A DNA stretch of 64,000 bases from Monocercomonoides exilis PA203. Its lineage: Eukaryota; Protista; Preaxostyla. Under the pieces are notes generated by a model. The model did no database searches, was not told where the DNA came from, and saw nothing but the letters and a program-made list of their open reading frames with translations. Below, piece after piece: positions 33,776-48,700 of this stretch. Each line of letters opens with the position of its first letter. Position 1 is the first letter of the stretch. Both the position numbers and the translations under genes were made by a program. The stretch lies in NCBI GenBank assembly GCA_001643675.2, contig LSRY02000006.1, positions 1,302,001-1,366,000 on the forward strand, read 5' to 3'.

Positions 33776-36700
33776 ATGTCGTACAAGTTTGTCTAATTTT
33801 TATTATATTTTAATATGTCATTTTACTGCTATTTTTTCAAAAATAGTCTTCATTCTCAGTTTTCCTGTGATACTCTTCAGGAACTTAGTTGGGTTGCATC
33901 TAACATTGCCAATCAATTTCACACATTCCCCTTTGTCCCACGTCCACCACTTCCTTTGAGATGCTTAGCGGTTAATGCTCAATTTTGGTCACTTCAAAAT
34001 ACTGCTTCAACAATTCCAGTCGTTAATGATTTACTTTCTGCATTTCGAGAGCATTGTGATCATCTATGGTCCGAGTCCCGTCAATTGCTAAGATTTCAAG
34101 TGAAAGCAGATTCTATTGAACGAAATTGTTGGTCGACTGAAGAGTCAACTGAAGTTATAAAAGGGTGTTGCAAGAGTCATGGTCATCCATTATCAACAAC
34201 TGTTTCATATATTTCTTCAAAATTAAATTCTGAAAATTACGAAAGACTTATGCGTTATTACGACCATATTAGGTGGCTTGCAGAAATAATAATCCCTGGC
34301 ATTAAACTTAAGATATATGAAACTCAAATTGATTTAAAAAGCTATTTAGAGACTGTTTGCGCAGAAGTGCAACTTATAAAGAGAGAAATTTCATTGCGTC
34401 AAGCTTCTCCAGACACTGATCTTCTTCTCTTCAATAGTTTTCAATTATCTCATGAACAAAAAAAATCCAAAGATAAAAGAAGAGAAAGGGAAAGAAACAA
34501 ACAAAAAGAAGAGGAGGAGAACAAAGAACGAGCTGTGACTGATGAGGAAGATGATGAATATCTTCAATTTCCAGAGGCCACATATTTTCCTTGGATTACA
34601 AACCGCATGCAAACAACATCTTCCATGGGATCATCTCTTTCATTGCAGTCAAATGCTCAAGTATCTTCACCTATGATGCATCCATCTACCTTATCTCAGT
34701 CCTCACTTGGAGCATCTTCTTCATTTGCTCCTTCTCCTTCTCTTCACTCAACAGGATTCAACAGAACTTCGAATGCTGGATCATCAAACATGTTATCTTC
34801 CAGCGGTTCAAAAGCAACATTCAACCCTTTTTTGCAAACAATTGATTTATCAGCAAAGGGCCGCACAATGCCAGAGCGACATCGCTGGGAGGTCAACATG
34901 ATCCAGGTGCATCTACTGTGCCTTCTTTCGATTGAGGTTTCTGCCTCTGCTGAGCTGGAGCGGCAGAAGCAGCACGACAAACAGAAGTACGGCTGGCAGA
35001 GCGCAGTGGATGACTTCTATGCGAAACCGTGGCAGGGCACTCGACGCATTTCAGAAGAGACTAAGCGGCGCTTTGCTCGAATGCAAGAAAAGAAGAGAGC
35101 AAAGATACAGGAAGAGCACATTAAACAGAAGATTAGAACGAAGCTGAAGAACACTGCGGCAGGGAAATTTTTGCATGATAACAGAAAGTTAGGTCCAACC
35201 CCAACGCATCCATCGTCTTCCAAACACAGACACCAAAATACTGATCCATCCCGTCCTGTCGAAGCATGGAAAGGGAAAGGATATCCAGCACAGAGTGCAC
35301 GAGAAACCGAACAGGCAGCAGAATTTTTTGATGACGGGCGAATAGACGACGGAATCTCAACTTCCTCAAGAGACCTGACAGCGTCCACAGTGCTATTCTC
35401 GCAGGACTCACTCAGCGCCTTGGAAGCATCGCCTGTAACGATAGGTGGTTCTCCTTTCGCGTCTGTATTTCCTCTCATTTCCAAAGCTGCACCACAATTC
35501 GGCCCAACCATTATGCGCCCATCTGCCACAGGGCCATTTGAATCATCGAGCTCTTCGTCTCTTGTTGGTGTTAATCGAGCAGATGTTTCTCCAGATGCAA
35601 TGGCGAACAACATGAGCACGCCATATGCTTTTGTCAGGCACACAATTCGTTGCATCGTCTCAATTTTTGCATCATCACTTACTCCATTTCCTTTTAAGAG
35701 CTTCTTTCCATCGTCCACGATGTCAATTGCTTCATCCCTTTCTGGCACAACCATGTCAACAAGCCAAGCACTTTCAATCGTATCCTCCAGAACAGATGTA
35801 CAAACAGATCCATATCAACGATCACGCTCATTGGATATCCTCCAAGTACCACCACCGCCCTATTCCTTTCCTGCTGAAACAATTTCTGTTTCATCTCAGC
35901 TTTTTTTGTTTTTTGTCTTTTTGGATGTGACAGACTGTTCTGAATGGGCTTCTTCTTTCATATTCCCTCTCCAGCCTGCATGGAAATGGCTTCAGCAATT
36001 TGACGAAAAGCACAGAAACGACCAAGAATGGAGAAGCTTATTGTTAGAAGAAGAGCGACAGAACGAAGTGCTTTCTATGCATTCAAATGCCGACGACCAG
36101 ATGCTTCAAGTTGCTTCAACATTCCAAGCGCTTGGAGCAACAAGCCAGTCTCTATTAAACCCTCTTTCATTTGCTTCTTCCTCTTCCACAAGCACAGTCG
36201 CACAGCAAACATCGCAATCTCCCTCATCTGGTTATATGCAATTTTCATCACAGCCTCCTTATCCATTCAGACAGCCTTCTCCTTCCTCGCAGATCTCATT
36301 CACTGCACCACTTTCTCCTTCAACCTCTTCTTCTATCCCAATCTCCTCTTTCCCTCTTTATCAGTCTCCAAGCTCAATGTCTCCTGCAGCAGCTCCATCG
36401 TCAAAGCAGCTCCTGCCGCCTGAGAAATTACAAGCTCCTCCGTATTCTGAAGCAGAACAGCATATTTTACTCACATTCGTTCCTTATTTCAGAAAGTGTG
36501 TTGAGTATTTCATCAGTGCAATGGGCATATTCACACAGCATTTGTACGAGGACTTCACAGATTATCCTCATCCTGTTCTCGTTTCCTTCCAGCTAACAGA
36601 ACCCACTCACTCATATGTCATCGCCAGAAAGCCATACACTTCCAGCGAGAATGATGCACCGACTTACAAAACAGCACCTACCTCGTTTAATTCATCTGAA

Positions 36701-39700
36701 GGAGGCGGTGGGATAGGAGGGTTTAGCATCCCTTATCACCCACCACGCACTCGCGTTCTTGTTCCTGCTGCATCTCCGGCTGCTGCACTGGGTGTGACTA
36801 TCGACAGCTCAACCAGTTTCCAGCTGCCAACTGTCGAGCTGCCGCCGCTCAAAAAACCTCTCCCGAAGCTGAAGCTTGTCCCGCCATCGGAAAAGGACCT
36901 GCTGATGTTCTGGGAGAAACTGGATGTTGCAAACTTCATTGAAGGTGTGCTGTTCACAAAGACATTCGACCTGCTGTGTGCAAATGTGCATCCAACGTTC
37001 ACTTTTGCTCCTTCGCGCTTTATCTCTTCTGGAAAGTTTGATGTGTTCTCCGACATATCTTCTTCTCCGAGCCCTTCTCTTTCCTTTGTGTTTATGATAT
37101 CTTCAATGCTTGCTTCTTGCCTTTCATCCACCTTGGCACAACGTTGTCCTATTTTGACCATACAAATATTGAACTGCATTCTCACATTGATGAACAAAAC
37201 CGAAAAGTTTTGGAGGCTTTTGAAGCGGAAAGAGCACTTAAAACAAGAGCAAGACGAAATCCAAGCCAAAATCAGAACTCCTCCTTCAAGCCCTCCTGTC
37301 GGCTTGCCTCACGCTTCCTTCCACGAAGAAGGTTCCACTTCTCCTTCATTGGCTTCTCGCAATACTCGTCTGTCTTCTCCTCACTCAGCCTTTGCCAGCA
37401 GAAGGAGAGCTTCTCGTTCCCCTCCACAGTTCAATGGGTATTCTCCTCCTCATTCTCCACCTCTGTCTCCACCTCGCTCACCTCCACGCAATCATAATTA
37501 CTCGCAAAAGCGCATTGCAATGATGCGCTTTTCTGCACAAGCGAAAAGAAACAGCCATTCATTTTCGCCAGCTTCTCGATCTCATTCGCGTTCACGTTCT
37601 ATTTCCGTCGAGCATATCAGGCAGGTTGAAGGCTCTCCACTTGTGTCGGTGATTCTACAACCTCTGCTTGATGCCATCCTCCTTCACACGGCTGCACACA
37701 TCCTAAACACAAACAGCCCTTCGATTGTTGCTCGTTTTTTCAATCTCTCGTCAGTTTTGAAGTATTATGTTGATTCATCGCCTTCTTTTGCTTCAGCTTC
37801 TTCATCTGCCACATCAGGCGCTGTGACAACAACAACTGTCAAGACACCATATGTCTCCTCTCCATTCGATACACCTGCTGCTGTCCGTTCCTCAGAAAAG
37901 CCCAGGTCGTATGCATCAACAACTTCAACAAAACCCACTCTTCCTCTGACAAGTCCTTCGGTTCCTCTGCCAAACTCCACACCTGTCTTTGCCTCTCTTT
38001 CTGCTCGTTCTCCTTTTTCATTCTCGCTTCTTTCTCCGCCTGCGGTCTGGACATTTATTGGCATTGTTGCTGCGAATGCTGGGCGGATTCAGTGGGAACA
38101 GCTCTCAAAAAAGACGCCTTCTGTTCTTGTCTCTTCGCCTTCTACAATTTCTGAGCAATCAAACTTAGCGTTCGATGTTCCATTAACACGTGCCCCGCCT
38201 TTGATTCCTTCAATGAAAACAACAGCTGCTCCGTGTGTGAACCCCTTTGTTATGTCTTCGTCACCTTCACCGACTATACCTTCTTCTGGAAGAGGTACCC
38301 CGCGACCGTATTCTCAACTAAGCGCATCACCATCCTTTAATGGCTCACTGAATGCTAATTCGCAATCTCCTTTCTTCCCTGCAGTTGCCTCGTCAAATAG
38401 CATATTTCTGTCTTCGTTCATCAAAATGATGGAGGCAAACGGATGGACATCATCGAAAACTGGCTGGGCAACAAAGAAGATTCCGATTGAACCCGAAACA
38501 TCAGAAAGCGCAAAAGCCCACCTTCGAATACAAGCAGCCATAATACAAAAGCAAAAGAACTCGGCAAAGAACAAGCGGCGCTGGTTTTGGAGAGAAACAA
38601 AAGGGCTACAAAAACAGCTGAATCACACAGACAATACAAAGACAAGTGCTCACAAGAAGACTTTGCTTGACGGCAGAATGACTTTGACTGACAAAGAATT
38701 TGAGATTATGGAAGAAAAAGCGAACATCATGGAGCGTAACTCCTTTGCAAATCATTGCCTGTCGCTGCTTCGTTTGCATCTTCTTGTTTTGGTCGCCCTT
38801 TCGCATCCGACTGAGGCTGCATCTACGTTTGTGGCTGCGCTTCTGCTCCGACTGATTACAACAGCCGATTCCAGAGAGCAGCTGTCAAACGAGGATGATA
38901 TTTTACAGGAAAATGTGAACCTGTTTCTTGTTGCATTCCAAGAAAAGAGAGAGAAAGGAAACATTGACGACTTGCAAATGCGAAGCGGAGACGACGACGA
39001 AAAAGAATCTGAAGAAGAGGAAGAAGAAGACTCGGAGTTTGAAAGCGAGGAAGAAACTGAATTTTCAACTGATGCTGAAAATTCAGATGAGCCAGTATCT
39101 GTTCCCATCAGAGCAAATAAAGGATCAAATGCAATGGACGAGTACACAGGTGGTAATGGAATAGCACATTCATCTTCATTGAATCGTCGTGGTAACTCAT
39201 TTTCTATTGATACATCATCGATTCCTGAATACAGCACATCAAAGAGCGCTTTGTCGCCTGCTGCTGCTTCAATGTGCGCAATGCCGCCAAACATCCGCTC
39301 AGATGCTCAGTCGCTCAGCGGCTTTTCCTCAGCTTCTTCAACACCAACTGCGAAATCATTTGATGCTCGTGGCAAGCCTCCTAAAAAGGTTGTTAGCAAT
39401 CCCAAAACATTGATGCCGTACGACTCAAATGGTCAATTTAACGCATTACCCAAAAGGAGTGGCATTCCATCGAGGAGCACTTTCAATCATCCAAGTTCTG
39501 CGTCTCCATCTGACAGGCTGTCATCAGCACATACATCAAGAACAGGTTCAATGAGATCGTCTCAATCTCCGTCTGCCTCCCGTTCCCGCTCTCGAGCATC
39601 TTGCTCTCCTAGCATAACTGCTTCGCAGTTCTTACGTTCACTCAGAATCAGTGGAGTGTTTCAGACGTGGGTGACTGTGACCGTGTCATCTTATTTCACA

Positions 39701-42700
39701 TCAGCTCTTTCATTTCTTGCTGACAAAAACTTAATTTCTCCTCTCAAAATCTCAGCACTTAACTCAGGAAAGACATCTGCTGCTTCAGTTGTTCTGACAG
39801 AAGAACAGAAAAAGGCACAGTTCAGGGCACAAAGGGCAAAGAAGAGGATTGAAAAGCAAAAGCAGCGAGAAGTGTTGAGATCGAAGGCAATGAAGGATTG
39901 CCTGATTGGATTGGTGTTGGGAATCCCTTCGCTTATGAACGAGCTTGTACTGCTTGCCAGAGATGTTGTTCATTCCTCACAAACAATAAAGAAGATAGAG
40001 TCACACCTTGGAGAGCCAGTCAAGCCCGAGATTGTCCCAAAAGTGCCTATGGCCTCTTTCACATCGCTATTTTTGACACCTCTCTCCGCTACTTCTGTTT
40101 CTGATCTTCCTGCTTCTTCGCGAAAGCGCCCTTCAACACGCTCATCGTCCCCAGCCACACAGACAGTCCTATCAGCGAAGAATTCTGCAGCATCCACATC
40201 ATCATCAAAGTCGTCTATGATGCTCTCTAAATCTTTAATTTCTTCAAAATTTGCAAGCAAAGCAGCTTCTACAAGAAGAGGCAGGTCGCCTGGTGAGTGT
40301 CCGACATCAATGTCTACACTCAACTTTGGCACAGTTGCACCAGACCGCAGCAAATCGAAATCCAATTCTCCGTCTGTTGCCTCGTCAGCGTCTCATCTGC
40401 GCGAGAAAAGTGCAGACACATCTGCAGATTCCAGCTCGAATCCCGAGTCTGTGTCGAGGAGAAGCACAAGCAGAGACAAGCCAGAAAAGAACAGCTTTGT
40501 GGAAAATTTGTGCAAACTGCTTGGAATCGGAGACGAACCATTCTGCACTGGACTTCTTTCTTCATTCTTGTTCCAGATGAAGACATACAATCCAAATGGG
40601 GAGGTGTCAACTGCAGACATGCGAGTAAAATCTCGTAGGAGAAGAGAGAAGTCTTCTTCTCATTCTCCACCAGCGCCTTCGACAACATCATCAATTTCAT
40701 CTGCAAAAAGTGCAGCTGTAATTTCAAGCTACTCATTCTCTTCAATCGGAGCACCACATTCACCCCCACCGTCTTCTCCTGCAACAGCGCGTGCGAGAAG
40801 ATCATCACCAGAAAGCGTCTTTTCAGTCACATCTTCCACTCGATCGCGCGCGGTTCCTCCTTCTCCCACAGTTCTCATTCACCAAACAGTTAGCGGTTCA
40901 ATTAAAGTGGCTTATCTTTCTGACCAGTTTTTCTCGTTTGTGTATTCGTTTCTGCCACAGTTTGTTCCCCATCAGCATTTGCTTCTGTGGTCTCCATCGA
41001 TCGACGCGATGCGAGTTGTCATCAAGTTCTTACAGTCAAACAATTATTCTGTTCCACCTGCCGCAGCCTCTTCATTCACTGCGCTGTTTGGCCCGCCGCT
41101 CTCCGTTTCGCTTCCTTCTCGCTCGCTTGCATCTTCCACATATCCTCCATCGCTGCTGTTTGAATTTGCCCATCGGTGCATTGACTTGCTCAATTTCGAT
41201 GCTGTGAAGCAAGTTTCTCCACGTTTTTCATCTACAGTACAAGGATGGGTTCCGGCTGTGATCCAGCAGCCGCAAGCTCCTGTGCAATTTTCTGTTCCTT
41301 CATTTAACGGATCTTCCTCACAGTTGCGAGGAGGAAAATATCAAAGCGGAGAAGCAACACCATCTGCCTCTTCAACATCGATGACAACTCCGCCATCGAC
41401 CCCTTCTTCCATCGCATCCTCTGTGGTTTCTCGAACAAACGCAAGCTATTCCCTCGTACCTCCATCTCGTCTATTTCCTTCCTTTGATTTGCAGTCTCAC
41501 AAACAACATCTTCTTGTTTCTCCAACAAAACAGCTTGCATTGTGTGTAGCACTTTTGGATTTGTGCGTGTCTGAATTCAATGCAGAAGAAGAGAGAAAGA
41601 AAATCAAACTCAGCCAAGAGAAGAGAATGGAAGAGATGATTGGGAAAAAGCCGAACAAGAAAAAACAAGAGGAAAAAGCGGAGACTCAGACGATTTTGAT
41701 GATACATGAGCCAACTGAAGATCAGAAATCCAGCTCAAAAATGAAAGGCATGAATTATTCATTTTCTCCAATCACAAATTTGGATCAGCTGTCAAATTGG
41801 GTTTTATATATTTTTCTGAAAGTCAATCATTTTGCATTTCCTCTTCTTGCCCCATCCCTTGCTGAGAGAAAACATAAAAGCTCACATTCAACTGGATCAT
41901 CACCTTTCACAACATCACAAAAAACAACATCATCAGTCTTGTCTTCTTCTTCTGGTGCCACACCTTCTCAATCTTTGCACTCTTCCACAAGCTTTTCTCA
42001 CCATTATTCTGCATGCGATGACAGTGACGATTCAGACAGCGATTTCAATAGCCACTCTGCAGTCGCGCCAAGTTCTGGGCTTGAGATTGTCTCTGAAGCA
42101 TTGCCATCTTCAGCCACATCTCCATCATTTCCTGTGCTTTCCCCTGTCTCCACATCCTCATTTAGGTTTTCTCTTCGCGACACATGCGAGAAAGCTGCAC
42201 TTGTTGGATATCGCATTAACTTTCTTTTGACGCGATATCAGCTCAGTGTTGTGTCTACTGGTTCATCCTATCAGTCTTCTCAATCTTCAACTTTGCATGC
42301 TCCCACACCAAATGTGTTGGACGATTTGGAGTCGATTTCATCCTCATATTCAACTGTCCTACGACCTCAAACCACAGCCATGCTTTCTTCCTCGCCTGCT
42401 TTCATGTCTCTTCTTCACTTGAGTTCTCTTTTCCTGTCTCCGATTGAACATAACTCTCAGCTGTCTTATCCAAATTCTCTTCCCTCTGCATCTCCCTTGT
42501 CTGCATCTCGCTTTGCTTTTCCTTCAGACGATGTTATTCAAGAACACTTGCATTTCCTTCTCTCAACGCACAACGTGTATGCTGCTTTGAGGGCTGTGCA
42601 GTTTCTATCAACAGTTGCAACTCTGAAATCGTCATCTTCATTGGAATCAGACCTAGCTGAACATAGAAGAGCTATGGGATTTGCCGAGAATCTGCCAATG

Positions 42701-45700
42701 TTAAATGACATGACATCACTTCAAACACAATTTGCAGATTCATCGATGTATCAAAAAGAGGAAGTTGCAGCGAAACTGGCACCAACACTATTCTCTTCCT
42801 CTCTTTCATCGTATTCTGGCTTTTCTTCTGCATCTTCATCTCCTCTTAAGCCGTCACAGCTTGCATTCAACGAGAGTGTTAATGAAGCCGTTCAAGAGGC
42901 TGGGACTTCACGAATGCGGTCTCCATTGCACTTTGTTAGCCTTAGCCGAGTGTTCGACTATGCATTCACCATTCTTCCAGACATCACTGAAGAAATGGAG
43001 TCGTTGGCATCGTCTCTGCTTTTGTACACTGTTCCTGTGCCTCCTTCAATTGCTTCAATGAACTTGACCTCCTCTTCCTCAATCATTCCTTCGTACACGT
43101 TCTTGCCTTGTCCTCCTTCACTTAAGAAATCAGTCTCTTCTGCTGCCACTTCGTTCTTAAGCACTGCAACAAACTTTATCCAATCGATCCTTACTCGAAA
43201 TCAGCCATCTTCAAACGAGCTCCTCAACTCCTTTGCAGTTGGTACAACAACAGTGCTGTTCTGGAGGAATATGATTGCACGCACCGACAACTGGAGAGAG
43301 AGAATGCACGAAGATGAAGACGACGATGCTGAAAACGCAGAAACAGACAAGCTTGATTCAGACGGAAGAGCAATGGCAACAGCTGCTGTTAGCGGCTCTG
43401 AAAGCAGCAGTACGGAAGGGGCAAGTGTGACGAGCACTCAACATATAAAAGATTTGATGACAAAAAAGAAGAGAGCCATTTGGAAGGAGAATCTTGAGTT
43501 TCTGGACAGTGACCCAATGAGTTCGTTTTATCTGAAGCGAAGTCGACGCGAGGTGAGCGATGAAGATGAATGGATTGAAATCTCGCAGATTGCCGAAGAG
43601 GAAGCAGTGCAAGAAGCTTTAATGGAGCAGATGTATGCAAACATCGCACAGAAAATGAAGGCACCTTTGGGCATTGCACAGAATTCTGCGACTTCACAAA
43701 CAGCTTCGCTGTCATCTGCCTCTGTTTTAGCTGCTCCTCCTTCACCATCAACGACGTCAGTCTATTCCAATCATTCTGTCTCATCAGCTGTTACTGCCAA
43801 GACTTCTCAATCAAAAGCTTCCTCTTCAACTTCGTATTCTCAGAGGATATCCAAACCAGCAAAACTTCAAATGCCCTCGAAAAAGCCATTTTTTGATTTG
43901 CCTGTTTGGCTCTGCTCGTATTTGACAATTCCCAATTGGCACACGTCCTCACTATGGAATGGGCTCCTCAACTCGCTTTGCTTTGCATCCATGTCAATTG
44001 TGGCCGAAGCCAGCCAAATTGAAGCAGATGAAGTGAATCCGTTCCGAAAGAGGCCTTTTGATACAGGAAACTCCCAATTTCTTCCATCTGCACAGGTGTC
44101 TTCCCTCAATACGGGAATGCTATTCTCTTCCGGCAACTCTTTCTCCACTTCTCCAACACTCCTAACAATCATTCACAATCAGCAGCATCCACACCATTTT
44201 CGCGGCTGCGGCATTGTTGATGCTGTGCTTCCTCTTCTGCTCCACAAAGAATTCCCTGACAGACTGCCTCTTCATCCGCACGACAAAAAAGTGAAGTCGC
44301 TTGGCTTTGAACATGTGGATAATAATGAATTCACCGAAGAAGCGTTCAAAATACAGATCCTTCAGCATCTCTTCACAAAAGAAGTGAAATGGCTGAAATC
44401 AATTTCAGTCAAAAATCCGTTCCTGTTTGTTGCTGTTCTCTCCAGTCTTACATCATCCACCATTCCACCTGCCTCCTTCAGTCATCTTCCAGCAACACAG
44501 ACTTCGACAGAAACTGCTCAGCAAGCGCCTTCAGTTCGGCCAACTTCATCTATGCCACATATGTCTTTTAACTCTTCTTCCGCTTCTAACCCTTCTGATT
44601 CTTCTGCTTTCACAGCATCTGAATCATCACAAGTAATGCATCGTCCAGGAGATTTGGATGAAAAAAAAGGATTCAACCCTCTACTCACATCAGAGCTTTG
44701 CATTAACATCATTCTTTTCTTTATTGAATATTGTCTTCCAAAGACAAATCCATTGAGTGTTGCACATCCGCTCTTGTTACATTACTTCTTAGTCTTCATT
44801 GCTGAAGCACAATACAGACTGGAACTTTCAGAATCTGCCGCAGCTGTTTCGTCTCCCTCGTCTTCTCCATTTGCGTCTACTTCTGTCCTTCCATCACCTG
44901 ATCAATCACCTTCGCTCCAAAGTCCTCTTTCACCTGCAAATTACCAGGGTCATACCTTTCCATCCTCAATGGGAAAAATGTCTCCTGTTCTATTGCTTTC
45001 TCCATCAGACCGCCAATCAACTCCTGGCATTGCATCACTTACAGACACATACCGCCAGCTCCGAGCAGCGGTGGGGCAAAGGCCGATCGGAAAGGCTGTT
45101 GAGAATGTTTCTTTGTGGATAGGAATCGTTCAGTACATGAGAGACGAGGTCCGAGATCAGCTTGAGTCAATCCTTCCTCCTCCTCCAGCAGTCTCTCCTT
45201 CAACCATCTCATCGACTCCTCTTCAGGAAAAGTCTGACAGCGAATCCTCTTCTGATACTTCTTCACTCACTGCACTTTCTGCTCATTCTGCCCCGTCTGC
45301 TACTGTTCCTGCTGCTTCAATGCCGCGACGTGTGGTTCCAAAGCCAGTTTCTGTGAAACCAGCTGCTCGCAAGAATTCATCTTTTCCTTTAATTCAGCAG
45401 CCATTCCAGCTGTTTGCTGCTCCGCAGTCACCTTTCACATTGTCATATTTCTCTCTATTTTTCCCACAGATCACAACATCACGCCCTCTTCCTTCAACTC
45501 TATCTGCACTTCTGAACACTTCATCTCGTTCTTCTTCACCTCCTCCTCGTTCTCCTTCTCCTCCCAATGCCTATTCTTCTCCAGCATCTCCGACTGCATC
45601 TTCAGCTCCAGTCATCCAACCGCAGATCACTTCGAAGCCTCCCTCACATCCACCTTCTTTCTCATCCACGTTTTCTTTTCCTTCTTCTTCTGCTGTTTTC

Positions 45701-48700
45701 CGCCTGCGTCGATCTTTTCACATTGCTTATCTTCAGATGGCTCTCCGACACTTTGATCATCTACTTTGGGAGTATTCGACAATTCGCACGATTCTTGCTC
45801 CATCTGTCCAGGGAGGTATACGCAATTCATTCTCTTCCACTCCATGCTTCGTGCCTTCACAATCACACTCACACTCGCCATCCATTGAGCTAATGTCCCT
45901 GTACTCTTCAACTCCTTTTGCACTGTCGAGTGCTTTGCCTCTATATGCGCCTTCTAAACCAGACACATCTTCCTCTTCAGATTTCGTCTCGCCTTCGTAC
46001 ACTTGGCATTCAGCGTCTATGTCTTTGTCTATTATCCTCTTCCCACAAATTGCACTGACCCACCGCAGCATCTGGTATCCTTACTATGCTGACTGGTTGA
46101 CGCCTCACTTCCTCATTGGCCAAACACCATTTCTGACTCAATCGCCTTCCGTTGCCTTTGCACTTGTGTTGCGCAATCGTCCACCAAACGTAGGAAGACT
46201 GCCAGCGAAGGAGAAATCTGAAAGAGAAAAGCGAATACAACGGCAATTTATGGAAGACGAAGACGATGACTATTTCGAAAAGGTTGGCACCGACGTCATC
46301 CCAACTGCTCAAGTTGTTGATCTAAACTCTTATCTCATCGACGATGACCACATTGCAACAGACGCTATTGCCTCGCCGATGCCTCCGCCATCCCGTCAAA
46401 ATGATCAAGAAAAGGATTCTTTGTCTCAGCTGACTTTGCAGATTCCTTCGCCTTCACCTACGCCATCGCCCACTCCAGCATCTACCCCTTCAGCTGGATC
46501 TGACCAATTCACAGCAGTCACTGGCGCCATGTCTTCATCTGCTTCTTCCAATAGCACCACAACAACTGACTCTTCATCCCTGCGTTCGCAAGTGTTTTCT
46601 GCCTTTGCAAAGTCTTCAGCAGCATCTCAAGCAGCTGCCACGTGTCTGATTGTTCCTCTTCCGTTTTGCAATCCTCTGCCTCGTTTTGATTTGGAGACGC
46701 TTTCAGAACTCGATTCAGGAATGCGAGTTCATCAAACAACAATTACGAACTTTGCAGCTCACATTTTGCAAAAGATGCACGGAGCACAATACGGAGGAAT
46801 GAATAATGCCTCTTTGATCTCTTCCTCTCCTTCTTCGTCTATGATGGCATCATCGTCTTCCTCTTCTTCCTCTTCCTCTTCCTCTTCATCGTTCTCATCT
46901 TCATCTTCCTCTTCCTCTTTTCTTCCTTCTGTGCGCAACAGCAGCGAATCAAACAATGGAATGGAATTGATCCAAAGCATGCCTCCTGTTCCCTCTCTTC
47001 AGCGGGACAATGCTCATCTGATGCATCTTCGCAATCTTTACACCCTCACATACACCACAACACAAAAAACCATCATTTGCCGAGAGACTATTCCTCAGCA
47101 CATCGCACGTGCACGCTCAAAGGAATCTGGTGGCTTTCTTTCGATCGATCATGAAATAGCTGCAGCGCTCGGAAGAGAATATGCAACGAACACAGAAGGA
47201 GGCATACAGGGTGACACCGGAGGAATGGCAGCGATTATTGTGCCTGCCAAGAAGTGCAATGAAGAGACAATCATCCAAGCGACCATTCCCAGCACTCAAC
47301 TGAGTCCAGCACATGCTTCAGGGTGCATGACATTTCGAACATTCAGACATCAGTCAACAGTGTCAGCGGCAGATCTTGTGTATCCTTCGTGTCTGACTCA
47401 CATGGCAATTGCATTGCTTCATCTGAAGATTATTGTGGAGAAGTTCAGGAAAATGCTGAACAACACTGCTGCTGAGGGTGTTTCTGATCGCGACAAACGC
47501 TCAAAGGTTAGCCAAACAAGAAAAGTGATAGAAAAATGGCTATTTTATTATATTGCTGCATATGGGGCGTTTCTCGAACAGACAAATGATCCGCTGGCTG
47601 TCAACTTGTATCGGTCTACGCTCCACAATCCAGTCAAAGGCGAGAAAAAGAAGGGGACAATAACTGGCCCTTCGAATACAAGTAACTTCCGCTATTCCAC
47701 AAACTATGTTGCCTCGCCGTTTGCCAGTGCCTCCCGCTCATTTCAAGCCACTGCATCGCTTGTGGCTGCGATGTACGAAACCACAATCACATCGCTGATA
47801 TCGCTTCTTCCTCTAAATTCGTACAACATTCAGGAAGAGCTCATTCGCGCATTGATTCGGACTCCAGATCTGTCTGTTTTCATTGCCAACTTCCTCATCC
47901 CTCATGAGCTTACTGTCTACGAATGGCGCAGCTTAGTTGATGTTGCATTCAAAAACGTCTGCAAGAAAGTGCTATCTATGCCACTTCCATCTCCTGCTGC
48001 TTCTCCTTCTGCTTCTGCTAGTTCTGCATCTGCAATTGGTGTTTCGAGCGGTGGACAGCTGTCCATCACCAACAAAGAACGCTTCACCGGTGCTCCTTTC
48101 TCTTCTTCTTCGTCGTCATTTTCTTCATCTTCCTCTTCTTCCTCATCGTCTACGGTTGCTGTGCTGGATCAACCAGTTGCCCTCAACGTAGGAATAACTG
48201 TGTTAGGTCAGTTTGGGCCACTTTATCTTCCTCAGCTTCCAGCCTTTGGAAGTTCATCTGGCAGTAATGGGCAGTTTATTCAGAACCCTTTCCCTTTCAA
48301 TGGCTCTGGGTCCTCTACCAAAATTTCATCTCTGTCAACTATTTCCAGTGCAGCTTCGTTGATTCTCGCGTTTGCAGCCTCACAAGAAGATTCTCAGCTG
48401 ACTGTTGTTATTCGTAAGTTCATAACACTCCCAATGAATTCTATTGGAGAGTCGTTTCAAGGCAGCTTCAAATTAAACAATCTAATGGTTGTTCCAGAAA
48501 GACCTCCTCCGTCTTCGGCGATGGGGCCATCAACACCAGCCTCCTCCTCATCGTCGGTTGCACTCGATCTGGACTCCACATCGTCTTCATCAGCAGACGT
48601 TTCCTCCGGTTTTGTTCCTTTCTCTTCGTTTATTCTACCAAACTCGTATTCGTCTCGCACGCTCAAACCAATCATCCAGCTTCTGTTCAGTTTCTTGTCG